The notes under the pieces are model-generated. The model had not been told where the DNA came from. It ran no database searches and saw nothing but the letters and a program-made list of their open reading frames with translations. Shown one piece after another: positions 47,904 to 56,060 of a stretch of 64,000 nt of DNA. The DNA lies in NCBI GenBank assembly GCA_964527965.1, contig CAZGPH010000001.1, positions 150,657 through 214,656 on the forward strand, read 5' to 3'. Every line of letters starts with the position of its first letter. Positions within the stretch are counted from its first letter, which is position 1. Source of the DNA: an uncultured Marinoscillum sp. GTDB taxonomy: Bacteria; Bacteroidota; Bacteroidia; Cytophagales; MED-G16. Position numbers and translations under genes: made by a program.

Positions 47904-48778
47904 TTTTTTTTACCATTGATAAAGACCCCAGTCAAAATTAATGCCATACCAAAAAGCTGAACTTCATTTATTTTTTCTCCGTCTATAACGCCTAAAGAAA
48001 TTGCAACAAGTGGCATTAAATAAGTTACCATAGAGGCGAAAACGGTATCTTTTATTTTTATTAAGTTATAAAAAATAATTGTGGCAATAGATGTTCCTAA
48101 AACTCCAAGAATTAAAACATATCCTAATTCAACTTTATAAAAATCAAAATCGTTTAGATGATCATAAAAGGGCGATAAAAAAAACAATATATAAAGAGTT
48201 ATAGGTAAAATAGAAACAATTGAAAAGCTAGTAATAGTTATAGGCTTTAAATGATTTAAATGATACTTAACTAAATTAAGGTTTATTCCATAAAGTAATG
48301 TTGCGGCGACAACAAACAAACCAAACACGTCAGCCGTGAAGCCACCAGAAGAACCAGAAAATAAAATCAATAGGAAGGTTCCGATGAACCCAATTATTAA
48401 TCCAATAATATTGTTTTTTGTAGCTTTTAATTTATAGAATATAACACCAATAATTAAAGCAAAAAAGGGGGTCAATGATGTTAATACACCGGATGTTGCG
48501 CTATCTATTTTTGTTTGTGCTATAGGGTATAAAAAGTAAGGAATAACATTCCCTACTATACCAGATATAAAGAGAATAAAATAATCTTTTCTTTTAATTT
48601 CCCTTAAGTTCTTTAAAAGAAAAGGCATCAAGACAAAAGAGGCTAGAGTTAATCTTAAAGCACCAATCTCAAACGGATCAAGCTTAACTAATGCTTTTTT
48701 TATAAGAATAGGAGAGCTCCCCCAGATAATGGCAAGAAGAATTAATAAACTCCAAGCAAGTAGATCTTTATTCTTCAT
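47900..48778 (-). CDS. DMT-superfamily (EamA-like) transporter
   Basis: 292 aa with ten predicted hydrophobic segments in two EamA-like halves. Confidence 0.8.
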   Translation of the reverse strand: MKNKDLLAWSLLILLAIIWGSSPILIKKALVKLDPFEIGALRLTLASFVLMPFLLKNLREIKRKDYFILFISGIVGNVIPYFLYPIAQTKIDSATSGVLTSLTPFFALIIGVIFYKLKATKNNIIGLIIGFIGTFLLILFSGSSGGFTADVFGLFVVAATLLYGINLNLVKYHLNHLKPITITSFSIVSILPITLYILFFLSPFYDHLNDFDFYKVELGYVLILGVLGTSIATIIFYNLIKIKDTVFASMVTYLMPLVAISLGVIDGEKINEVQLFGMALILTGVFINGKKN

Positions 48779-49806
48779 GCAACTGACCTCTCCTCTATTG
48801 AACTAAATTTATTTGAAATATCATTTAAGACTTCTAGAGAATAATCTAATGACTCACTAAGTATTAACTTCATTCTATATTCTTTAAAATTTTCAATTGC
48901 TCTAAAGTAATTAGTATAATGCCTTCTCATTTCTATCAGTCCAAGTTTTTCACCTTTCCATTTAATAGAAAATTCTAGATGTTTCTTAACAACACTAATC
49001 CTTTCATAGATGTCTGGTTTATTTAAAAATTTTCCTTCATTGAGAAAATGTTTTATTTGATTAAAAATCCAGGGATTACCTATAGCGGCTCTGCCTATCA
49101 TGATACCATCAACCCCATATTTTTCTTTATATTCTTTTGCTTTCTCTGGTGTATTTATATCTCCGTTCCCAAAAATTGGTATTGTAATATTTGGATTGTT
49201 TTTAACTTCTGCGATATAATCCCAATTAGCCTCTCCCTTGTACATTTGTTTTCTAGTTCTTCCGTGAATTGTCAAAGCTTGTATGCCTACATCTTGAAGT
49301 CTTTTAGCAACCTCAACAATTTTAATAGAATTATCATCCCACCCAAGTCTTGTTTTTACAGTAACAGGAATATCTACTTGCTTGACAATCTCTGCTGTCA
49401 TCTTTTGCATTTTATCTAGATCTAGAAGTATTCCAGCTCCAGCACCTCGGCAAGCAACTTTCTTTACTGGGCATCCATAGTTAATGTCAAGAATTTCAGG
49501 TTTAGCTTCTTCAGAAATAGAAGCTGCTTTTTTCATTGACTCAATGTTATCTCCAAATATTTGAATCCCAATAGGTCTTTCTGAATCGTAGATATCAAGT
49601 TTCTGAACGCTTTTTTCAGCATCTCTTATCAGACCCTCAGAAGATATAAACTCTGTATACATTAAGTCAGCACCATTTACTTTACAAACTGATCTAAATG
49701 GAGGGTCACTGACATCCTCCATAGGAGCAAGTAGTAATGGAAAATCACCTAATTCAATATTGCCTATCTTCATAAAAAGAAGTATTTTAACATTAAAATA
49801 TTCCAC
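48775..49806 (-). CDS. dusB: tRNA-dihydrouridine synthase (DusB-like)
   Basis: LLLAPMEDVSDPPFR, NYGCPVKKV (catalytic Cys), TVKTRLGWD and HGRTR. The likely start is ATG 49773 (MKIGNIELGDF). Confidence 0.9.
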   Translation of the reverse strand: MEYFNVKILLFMKIGNIELGDFPLLLAPMEDVSDPPFRSVCKVNGADLMYTEFISSEGLIRDAEKSVQKLDIYDSERPIGIQIFGDNIESMKKAASISEEAKPEILDINYGCPVKKVACRGAGAGILLDLDKMQKMTAEIVKQVDIPVTVKTRLGWDDNSIKIVEVAKRLQDVGIQALTIHGRTRKQMYKGEANWDYIAEVKNNPNITIPIFGNGDINTPEKAKEYKEKYGVDGIMIGRAAIGNPWIFNQIKHFLNEGKFLNKPDIYERISVVKKHLEFSIKWKGEKLGLIEMRRHYTNYFRAIENFKEYRMKLILSESLDYSLEVLNDISNKFSSIEERSVA

Positions 49807-49820
49807 AAATAAAAAAATAA

Positions 49821-50672
49821 ATGAGCAAACACTTAAAGGAATTAATATTTATTATTTTATCGGTTTCTCCTTTATTCTTTATGAGTATAATTTCTAATAT
49901 CTTAGAAACACCTTCAGACATGTCATACGAAGGAATTGATAGAAAGATGTTAATGATATCAAATGCTGTTTTTTTATTGTTATTTCTAGTCCCGTATTTT
50001 GTAATAAGAAATAATGTTAACTATAACTTAAGAATGAAGAAAATTGCACTTTATCCTTTGGTGCTTGTTATGCTATCAACCATTTTTTTTATAATTATAA
50101 ACTCTCCAATAATAGAATGGAATAAAGAAATAAATTTTCCTGAGTTTTTATCTTCTTTTGAGCTTTGGGCTCAAGCAAAAGAAAAACAATTAGAAGCTGT
50201 CACTATACATTTAATTTCTTTTGAAAATAATTTTGAGTATTTAATAGGCATTCTTACTATAGCAATTATTCCAGGTTTTTGTGAGGAGTATTTTTTTAGA
50301 GGTGTTTTACAGAAAAATCTAAGTTTGCTTATTAAAAATCATCATATCGCAATTTTTATAAGTGCTTTTATTTTTAGTGCTTTTCATTTACAGTTTTATG
50401 GTTTTTTCCCACGATTATTGTTAGGAATTCTATTCGGCTACTTTTATTACTGGTCCGGTAGTTTAACTTATTCTGTGATAGCACATACTCTTAATAATTT
50501 TTTTAGTTTAACATTGTTTTATGTTGCTGGTAAAGGCTACTTTGGTGAGAATATTGAATTAGATGTTAATTCATCTCCAGACATACCTTTATTTTTTATA
50601 ATAGGAGCCTTAATTATCTTCTGCTATCTGATTGTCTTACTTAAAAGATCAATAAAAAACACAAATGAATAA
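49821..50672 (+). CDS. CPBP-family intramembrane glutamic endopeptidase (CAAX protease-like)
   Basis: Motifs EEYFFRGVLQ, FSAFH and HTLNNF in a polytopic protein. Confidence 0.75.
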   Translation: MSKHLKELIFIILSVSPLFFMSIISNILETPSDMSYEGIDRKMLMISNAVFLLLFLVPYFVIRNNVNYNLRMKKIALYPLVLVMLSTIFFIIINSPIIEWNKEINFPEFLSSFELWAQAKEKQLEAVTIHLISFENNFEYLIGILTIAIIPGFCEEYFFRGVLQKNLSLLIKNHHIAIFISAFIFSAFHLQFYGFFPRLLLGILFGYFYYWSGSLTYSVIAHTLNNFFSLTLFYVAGKGYFGENIELDVNSSPDIPLFFIIGALIIFCYLIVLLKRSIKNTNE

Positions 50673-51489
50673 AAAAAATCTAAAAAACAGGATTATAACG
50701 GGCATGTTAGGGGGGTCTCTATTATTATTTTCTACCTTAAATGAGTGGTCTTATCTTGTAGTTTTTGTTATTATCATTTTTTTATCAACTAGAGAGTATT
50801 ATAAAATTTTATCTGAAAATGGATTTAATCCTAATTATAATTTAGGTGTTTTTTTATCTGTTATTATTTTTATATCCTCTTTTCTTTATGCTAGTAAAGA
50901 GAGTTTAATAGGTGTTCATTTTGTATTAATTCCTATTTTACCATTAATATGTCTTTCTGCTTTGTATAGTTCAAATAATAAAGAAACCATATCAAATGTT
51001 TCAGTTACATTTTTTGGAATATTATATATATCCTTATCTATCTCTTTACTAAACTTTATTGTTTTTACTGATTTGGAGTATAATTCTGTTTTTTTAATTG
51101 CTACTCTTTTATTTTTATGGACAAGTGAGTCTGCAGCTTATTTAGGAGGGTCACTTTTTGGTAGAAAAAAGCTTTTTGAATCAGTTTCTCCAATGAAGAC
51201 ATGGGAGGGTGTTCTTTTTGGCTTAGTTGCTAATGTTATTTTGGCTTATTTTATCTGGAAATATTTATTAATAAATACTTTTATTTTTTGGCTTGGATTT
51301 TCATGTGTTGTTTTAATTTCTGGTGTTTTCGGAGATTTATTTGAATCATTATTAAAAAGAAACTTTAATATGAAAGATAGTGGTAATAAGCTACCTGGGC
51401 ATGGTGGTTTCTTAGATAGGTTTGACAGTTTCTTTTTTGTAATACCATATGTTTATTTTTACCTCAAAATTGTAAATCTGCTAACTTAA
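50665..51489 (+). CDS. cdsA: Phosphatidate cytidylyltransferase
   Basis: C-terminal CTP-transferase signature SLLKRNFNMKDSGNKLPGHGGFLDRFDS. Confidence 0.85.
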   Translation: MNKKNLKNRIITGMLGGSLLLFSTLNEWSYLVVFVIIIFLSTREYYKILSENGFNPNYNLGVFLSVIIFISSFLYASKESLIGVHFVLIPILPLICLSALYSSNNKETISNVSVTFFGILYISLSISLLNFIVFTDLEYNSVFLIATLLFLWTSESAAYLGGSLFGRKKLFESVSPMKTWEGVLFGLVANVILAYFIWKYLLINTFIFWLGFSCVVLISGVFGDLFESLLKRNFNMKDSGNKLPGHGGFLDRFDSFFFVIPYVYFYLKIVNLLT

Positions 51490-51526
51490 AAATTGTACAT
51501 TTACATAATTAAACCCAAAACAAGAT

Positions 51527-52831
51527 ATGAGTTATAAAGAACCAGCTCCTATCATGCATGACAAGGACCCTCTTGAATCAATGATGAAGAGGTTCCATGT
51601 AGCAGCTGAATATTTAAATCTTGACGAAGAAGTTTATAGTGTCTTAAAGTCCTCTGTTAAAAAAATCATAGTATCTCTTCCAATATCCATGGATAATGGA
51701 AAAATCAAAGTTTTTGAGGGGTTTAGGGTAATTCATTCTAATATTTTAGGTCCCTCAAAAGGTGGCTTAAGATTTGATCCAGGGGTTAGCTTAAATGAGG
51801 TTACTGCTTTAGCGGCCTGGATGACATGGAAGTGTGCTGTAGTTGATATTCCATATGGAGGAGCAAAAGGTGGAGTTTGTTGTGATCCCAGGAATATGAG
51901 TCAGTCTGAGTTAGAAAGACTTACTAGGGCTTATACTCAGGCAATGCATGATGTTTTTGGTCCAGATAAAGATATACCAGCTCCCGATGTGGGAACGGGC
52001 CCAGATCAAATGGCTTGGTTAATGGATGAATATTCAAGAGCTAGGGGTACAACTGTTAATGCAGTTGTTACAGGAAAACCAATTATTTTAGGGGGTTCAG
52101 TTGGTAGAATTGAGGCAACAGGAAGAGGGGTAATGGTTGCAACTTTAGCAGCTTTAACAAAAATAAAAATCAATCCATTTAATGCAACTATAGCAGTTCA
52201 AGGGTTTGGAAACGTTGGATCATGGGCAGCGCATTTATTAAAAGAAAGAGGCTGTAAAGTTGTAGCAATATCAGATATTTCTGGGGGATATTATAATGAT
52301 AAAGGTATAGATGTTGGAGGCGCTATTACATATAGAAATGAAAATAAAGGCACTCTTGAAAATTTTGATGGAGGAAAGAAGATATCAAATGAAGAATTAT
52401 TATCTCTTAAGGTTGATGTTTTGATTCCTGCAGCATTAGAAAATGCTATAACAGAAAAAAATGCAGAAAATATTAATGCAAAATTAATTGTTGAGGGGGC
52501 AAATGGTCCAACATCTCATGAGGCTGATTCAATTCTAGAAAAAAAGGGCATTGTTGCAGTACCTGATATTTTAGCAAATGCTGGTGGGGTTATTGTTTCT
52601 TATTTTGAGTGGGTACAGAACAGACTTGGGTTTAAGTGGACTAAAAACAGAGTATATAGAAGAAGTGATTCTATAATAAAACAAGCTTTTAATAATGTTT
52701 TCTCAATTTCAAAAAAATACAAAGTATCTTTAAGGACTGCAGCTTATATTGCAGCTATTGATAAGGTCTCTAGAACATACAAATACAGAGACGGTTCATT
52801 TACTTTTCAAAAAAATGATAAAGATTCATAA
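51527..52831 (+). CDS. gdhA: Glutamate dehydrogenase (Glu/Leu/Phe/Val dehydrogenase family)
   Basis: GPSKGGLRF, the catalytic Lys context IPYGGAKGGV and the Rossmann motif VQGFGNVGS. Confidence 0.9.
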   Translation: MSYKEPAPIMHDKDPLESMMKRFHVAAEYLNLDEEVYSVLKSSVKKIIVSLPISMDNGKIKVFEGFRVIHSNILGPSKGGLRFDPGVSLNEVTALAAWMTWKCAVVDIPYGGAKGGVCCDPRNMSQSELERLTRAYTQAMHDVFGPDKDIPAPDVGTGPDQMAWLMDEYSRARGTTVNAVVTGKPIILGGSVGRIEATGRGVMVATLAALTKIKINPFNATIAVQGFGNVGSWAAHLLKERGCKVVAISDISGGYYNDKGIDVGGAITYRNENKGTLENFDGGKKISNEELLSLKVDVLIPAALENAITEKNAENINAKLIVEGANGPTSHEADSILEKKGIVAVPDILANAGGVIVSYFEWVQNRLGFKWTKNRVYRRSDSIIKQAFNNVFSISKKYKVSLRTAAYIAAIDKVSRTYKYRDGSFTFQKNDKDS

Positions 52832-53471
52832 GGAGGGTCGAGGTTTTTTATTAAAGTTATTTATCCTTCTTTCGATAGTGAATCTTATACTTTTTTACAT
52901 ACATAGCTCTTCTTTATATTCGGTTCTGATTTTATTTATTTCACTTCTAACCTTTCTTTTTTTTCTTCAGTTTTTTAGAAACCCTAAAATCATTAAAAAA
53001 ATAGATGAAAACCTCATAATTTCTCCTGCTAATGGAGAGATTGTGCATATTGGAGAAATTTTTGAAGAAGAGTATTACAAAGAAAAAAGATTATTGATTT
53101 CAATCTTTATGTCTCCTTTCGATGTACATATAAATAGAAATCCTATTTCAGGCATAGTTGAATATTATAAGTATCATAAAGGAAAATATCTTGTCGCTTG
53201 GCATCCAAAGTCTAGCACAAAAAATGAGAGAACAACAACCGTAATAGCTAATAATCAAATTTCAATTTTAGTGCGACAAATTGCAGGGTTAGTTGCGAGA
53301 AGGATAATAAATTATTCTACTGTCGGAGAGAAGGTTAATCAATCAAATCAATTAGGTTTTATAAAGTTTGGTTCTAGAGCAGATATCTTTTTGCCTTTGG
53401 ATTTCAAGCCTAATGTTAAACTAAAACAAAAAACAAAAGCAGGAGTAACAGTATTAGGTAGATTAAGTTAG
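52749..53471 (+). CDS. psd: Phosphatidylserine decarboxylase proenzyme
   Basis: Short Bacteroidota-type Psd with the self-cleavage site context FIKFGSRADIF. The likely start is ATG 52815 (MIKIHKEGRGF), which still overlaps the gdhA end by 17 nt. Confidence 0.85.
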   Translation: MQLLIRSLEHTNTETVHLLFKKMIKIHKEGRGFLLKLFILLSIVNLILFYIHSSSLYSVLILFISLLTFLFFLQFFRNPKIIKKIDENLIISPANGEIVHIGEIFEEEYYKEKRLLISIFMSPFDVHINRNPISGIVEYYKYHKGKYLVAWHPKSSTKNERTTTVIANNQISILVRQIAGLVARRIINYSTVGEKVNQSNQLGFIKFGSRADIFLPLDFKPNVKLKQKTKAGVTVLGRLS

Positions 53472-53948
53472 ACTCTTTTGAATTATAGACACTATTTCTT
53501 CTAGGTGTTTTTTATCAGTTTCATCAAAACTATTTAGTTTATCACTGTCAATATCTAAAACTCCAAAAACCTTATTTTTATTATTAAAAACAGGAACTAC
53601 AATTTCTGATTTAGATATAGAACTACAGGCTATATGTCCAGGAAATTTTTCTACGTCTGGAACAATAATAGTTTTTTTATCTTTCCATGCAGCTCCACAG
53701 ACACCATCACCCTTTTTTATTCTAAAGCATGCAACTGGGCCTTGAAAGGGACCTAAAACAAGCTCATTATCTTCAATTACATAAAAACCAACCCAAAGCC
53801 ATTTAAATGTTTGAGATATAGCAGCAGAAATATTTGCAAGTATAGCCGTATTATTTTTTTCACCTTTAATTAAAGACTTTATCTGTTCTTCAAGATTAAT
53901 ATATTTTTTCTCTCTATTTTTTTCTAAAGGCGTATTGAAATCATGCAT
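53463..53948 (-). CDS. GAF-domain protein, free methionine-(R)-sulfoxide reductase-like
   Basis: 161 aa with GPVACFRIKKGDGVCG and GHIACSSISKSEIVVP, as in YebR/fRMsr-type GAF proteins. Confidence 0.75.
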   Translation of the reverse strand: MHDFNTPLEKNREKKYINLEEQIKSLIKGEKNNTAILANISAAISQTFKWLWVGFYVIEDNELVLGPFQGPVACFRIKKGDGVCGAAWKDKKTIIVPDVEKFPGHIACSSISKSEIVVPVFNNKNKVFGVLDIDSDKLNSFDETDKKHLEEIVSIIQKSLT

Positions 53949-54963
53949 GTTTAGTTATTTTAAAAAGTTTATCTTCCCCTACTTTTTCATAGGTGTTTTT
54001 TTTGATATTTGGAGCCTTAATCCCCTTATGAAATTTTAATTGAGATTTGAAAATCCTTGCTTCATCCCAAAGGTTCTTTTCTATAATTTTATTTAATGTA
54101 AATCCGCCACCCTCAACTAGTAAACTATAAATTCCTCTTTTATAAAGATCATAATATATAGTCTCTATTTTAAATGGATTTATTTTTATAAAATGTTTTT
54201 GCCCCCTTATTTTATTTAGTGTTTTATTATAAATAAGAGAAATCGATTGGTCATTTAATATATTTGTTTTTTCTTCCAATTTGTTATTTGGGTCAAGTAT
54301 AACCCTGATTGGATCTCTTCCTTTCCATAGTCTAACGTTAAGACGCGCATTATCTTTATTTGCAGTATTGATACCAATTAAAATCCCAGTCTCCTCAGAT
54401 CTCCACTTATGCACTAAAGACCTTGACGTTTTGCAAGATATCCATTTAGAACTTCCATCTTCTTTTGCAATAAAACCATCAGATGTTTCAGCCCATTTAA
54501 GTATAACATATGGTCTTTTTTTTTCCTGGTTTATAAAAAACCTTTTATTAAGTTTTTTACCTTCTTTTTCAAGAATTCCTGAGATAACGTCTATGTTATT
54601 ATTTCTTAGTTTTTTTATTCCCTTGCCATTAACAAGGGGGTTTGGGTCTGTGTTAGAAATAATAACTTCTTTTGGCTTATATTCTATTAATTTATCTGTG
54701 CAAGGAGGAGTCTTTCCAAAATGAGTGCAGGGTTCTAGACTTATATATACTGATGCTCCTTTAATATCATTTTTATTGATTACGTTATTTATAGCATTTA
54801 TTTCTGCGTGTGCATCTCCAAACTTTTTATGATATCCTTCACCTATAATTTTATTTTCTTTAACGATTACACACCCGACCATAGGATTTGGGAAGACATC
54901 CCCAACTCCTTTTTTAGCAAGATAAAGTGATCTTCTGATGAATTTGTTGTGTTTATTTTCCAT
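53941..54963 (-). CDS. ribD: Bifunctional riboflavin biosynthesis protein RibD (deaminase and reductase)
   Basis: Cytidine-deaminase zinc motifs HAEINAI and PCTHFGKTPPC, plus a C-terminal reductase domain (LLVEGGGFT). Confidence 0.9.
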   Translation of the reverse strand: MENKHNKFIRRSLYLAKKGVGDVFPNPMVGCVIVKENKIIGEGYHKKFGDAHAEINAINNVINKNDIKGASVYISLEPCTHFGKTPPCTDKLIEYKPKEVIISNTDPNPLVNGKGIKKLRNNNIDVISGILEKEGKKLNKRFFINQEKKRPYVILKWAETSDGFIAKEDGSSKWISCKTSRSLVHKWRSEETGILIGINTANKDNARLNVRLWKGRDPIRVILDPNNKLEEKTNILNDQSISLIYNKTLNKIRGQKHFIKINPFKIETIYYDLYKRGIYSLLVEGGGFTLNKIIEKNLWDEARIFKSQLKFHKGIKAPNIKKNTYEKVGEDKLFKITKHA

Positions 54964-55810
54964 ATTTATACCTATGCCTGATATAGAATCTAATTCAATT
55001 TATAATGAATTACTTAACAAAGTAAATTATTATTCTGGCAATGATATAAAAAACATTTCTCTAAAATATCTATATCAAAAATTTAATTTAACTAACTCAG
55101 ATCTAATACTAAATAAAAAGATAAAATGGAATTATAAAGTTAAAAGAACATTCTATGAGGATTTAGAAAAGATAAACAGTGGTGTTCCTATTCAGTATAT
55201 AACAAATTCACAATTTTTTTATGATGAGAACTTTTATGTTGATAATAATGTCTTAATACCTAGACCTGAAACTGAGGAATTGGTAAGTCATATTATAAAA
55301 CACGAAAAAGACAATAAGAAAAAAAACATTTTAGATATTGGCACGGGGTCAGGTTGTATAGCAATAATATTATATAAACATTTAAATGCTCACGTTTTTG
55401 GGATTGACTTATCTAAAGAGGCTGTCAAAATAGCTAATAAAAATAACAGATTAGTTGAGAATAAGGTAAGGTTTATTAATGAAAGTATCGAAGAATATAC
55501 TCCTAAAACCAAATTTGATGTAATTGTGAGTAACCCTCCTTATATTTCTTCAGAAGATAAAAATAAGGTCGATGATAATGTTCTAAATTATGAGCCTCAT
55601 AAAGCTCTTTTTGTCTCAAAGGATCCTCTGTATTTTTATAAAAAGATATTAAGGTTTTCCAGAAAACATTTAAATGAAAAAGGAAATATATATTTTGAGA
55701 TTAATGATAAATATGAGAGTGAATTAGAACGACTTTTCTCTGAATTTGAATGCGAATTTATAGAGGATATTTATGGCAAGAAAAGATTTTTATTTGTTAC
55801 TATAACTTAG
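54938..55810 (+). CDS. prmC: Release-factor glutamine N5-methyltransferase PrmC (HemK)
   Basis: LIPRPETE, SAM motif ILDIGTGSGCIAI and the catalytic VSNPPY. The likely start is ATG 54974 (MPDIESNSIY). Confidence 0.85.
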   Translation: MNLLCLFSIFIPMPDIESNSIYNELLNKVNYYSGNDIKNISLKYLYQKFNLTNSDLILNKKIKWNYKVKRTFYEDLEKINSGVPIQYITNSQFFYDENFYVDNNVLIPRPETEELVSHIIKHEKDNKKKNILDIGTGSGCIAIILYKHLNAHVFGIDLSKEAVKIANKNNRLVENKVRFINESIEEYTPKTKFDVIVSNPPYISSEDKNKVDDNVLNYEPHKALFVSKDPLYFYKKILRFSRKHLNEKGNIYFEINDKYESELERLFSEFECEFIEDIYGKKRFLFVTIT

Positions 55811-56059
55811 TGTCCCTTTACCTATTTTAAAAACAAAGACAGATCTGTATTTCTTCAAATAATCTCTTACCTCTTCTTGAAGCAATAAAATAATATCTTT
55901 ATAATCCCCGTAAACAATAGAACTCAATCCATTCGATTCGATAACAAGACCTTTCTTTTTAGAGATTTCACTTAAAAATTTTTTAACTATTTTTTTGTAT
56001 TCTTTCTCTTTATTTTTTTGTAATAATGGGTACATACTTATCTCTAAAGTTGCTCTCAT
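55790..56059 (-). CDS. Small MTH1187/YkoF-like (DUF77) putative thiamine-binding protein
   Basis: 89 aa. The N-terminal MRATLEISMYPL and the overall size and pattern resemble UPF0045/MTH1187 proteins. Its start lies 1 nt after the stop of the TPP-riboswitch-controlled TonB-dependent receptor. Confidence 0.5.
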   Translation of the reverse strand: MRATLEISMYPLLQKNKEKEYKKIVKKFLSEISKKKGLVIESNGLSSIVYGDYKDIILLLQEEVRDYLKKYRSVFVFKIGKGTLSYSNK

Positions 56060-56060
56060 T

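Noticed and set aside
27823-54973. Long N-terminal extensions in the ORF track that overlap upstream genes: nth 27823, the giant ORF 33011, dsbD 38950, M23 40886, DUF1684 46019, dusB 49806, psd 52749 and prmC 54938.
   Set aside because: In most cases an internal ATG gives a clean signal peptide, lipobox or conserved N-terminus and removes or shortens the overlap. The extensions are probably artefacts of the longest-ORF rule. Alternative starts are noted in the feature evidence.
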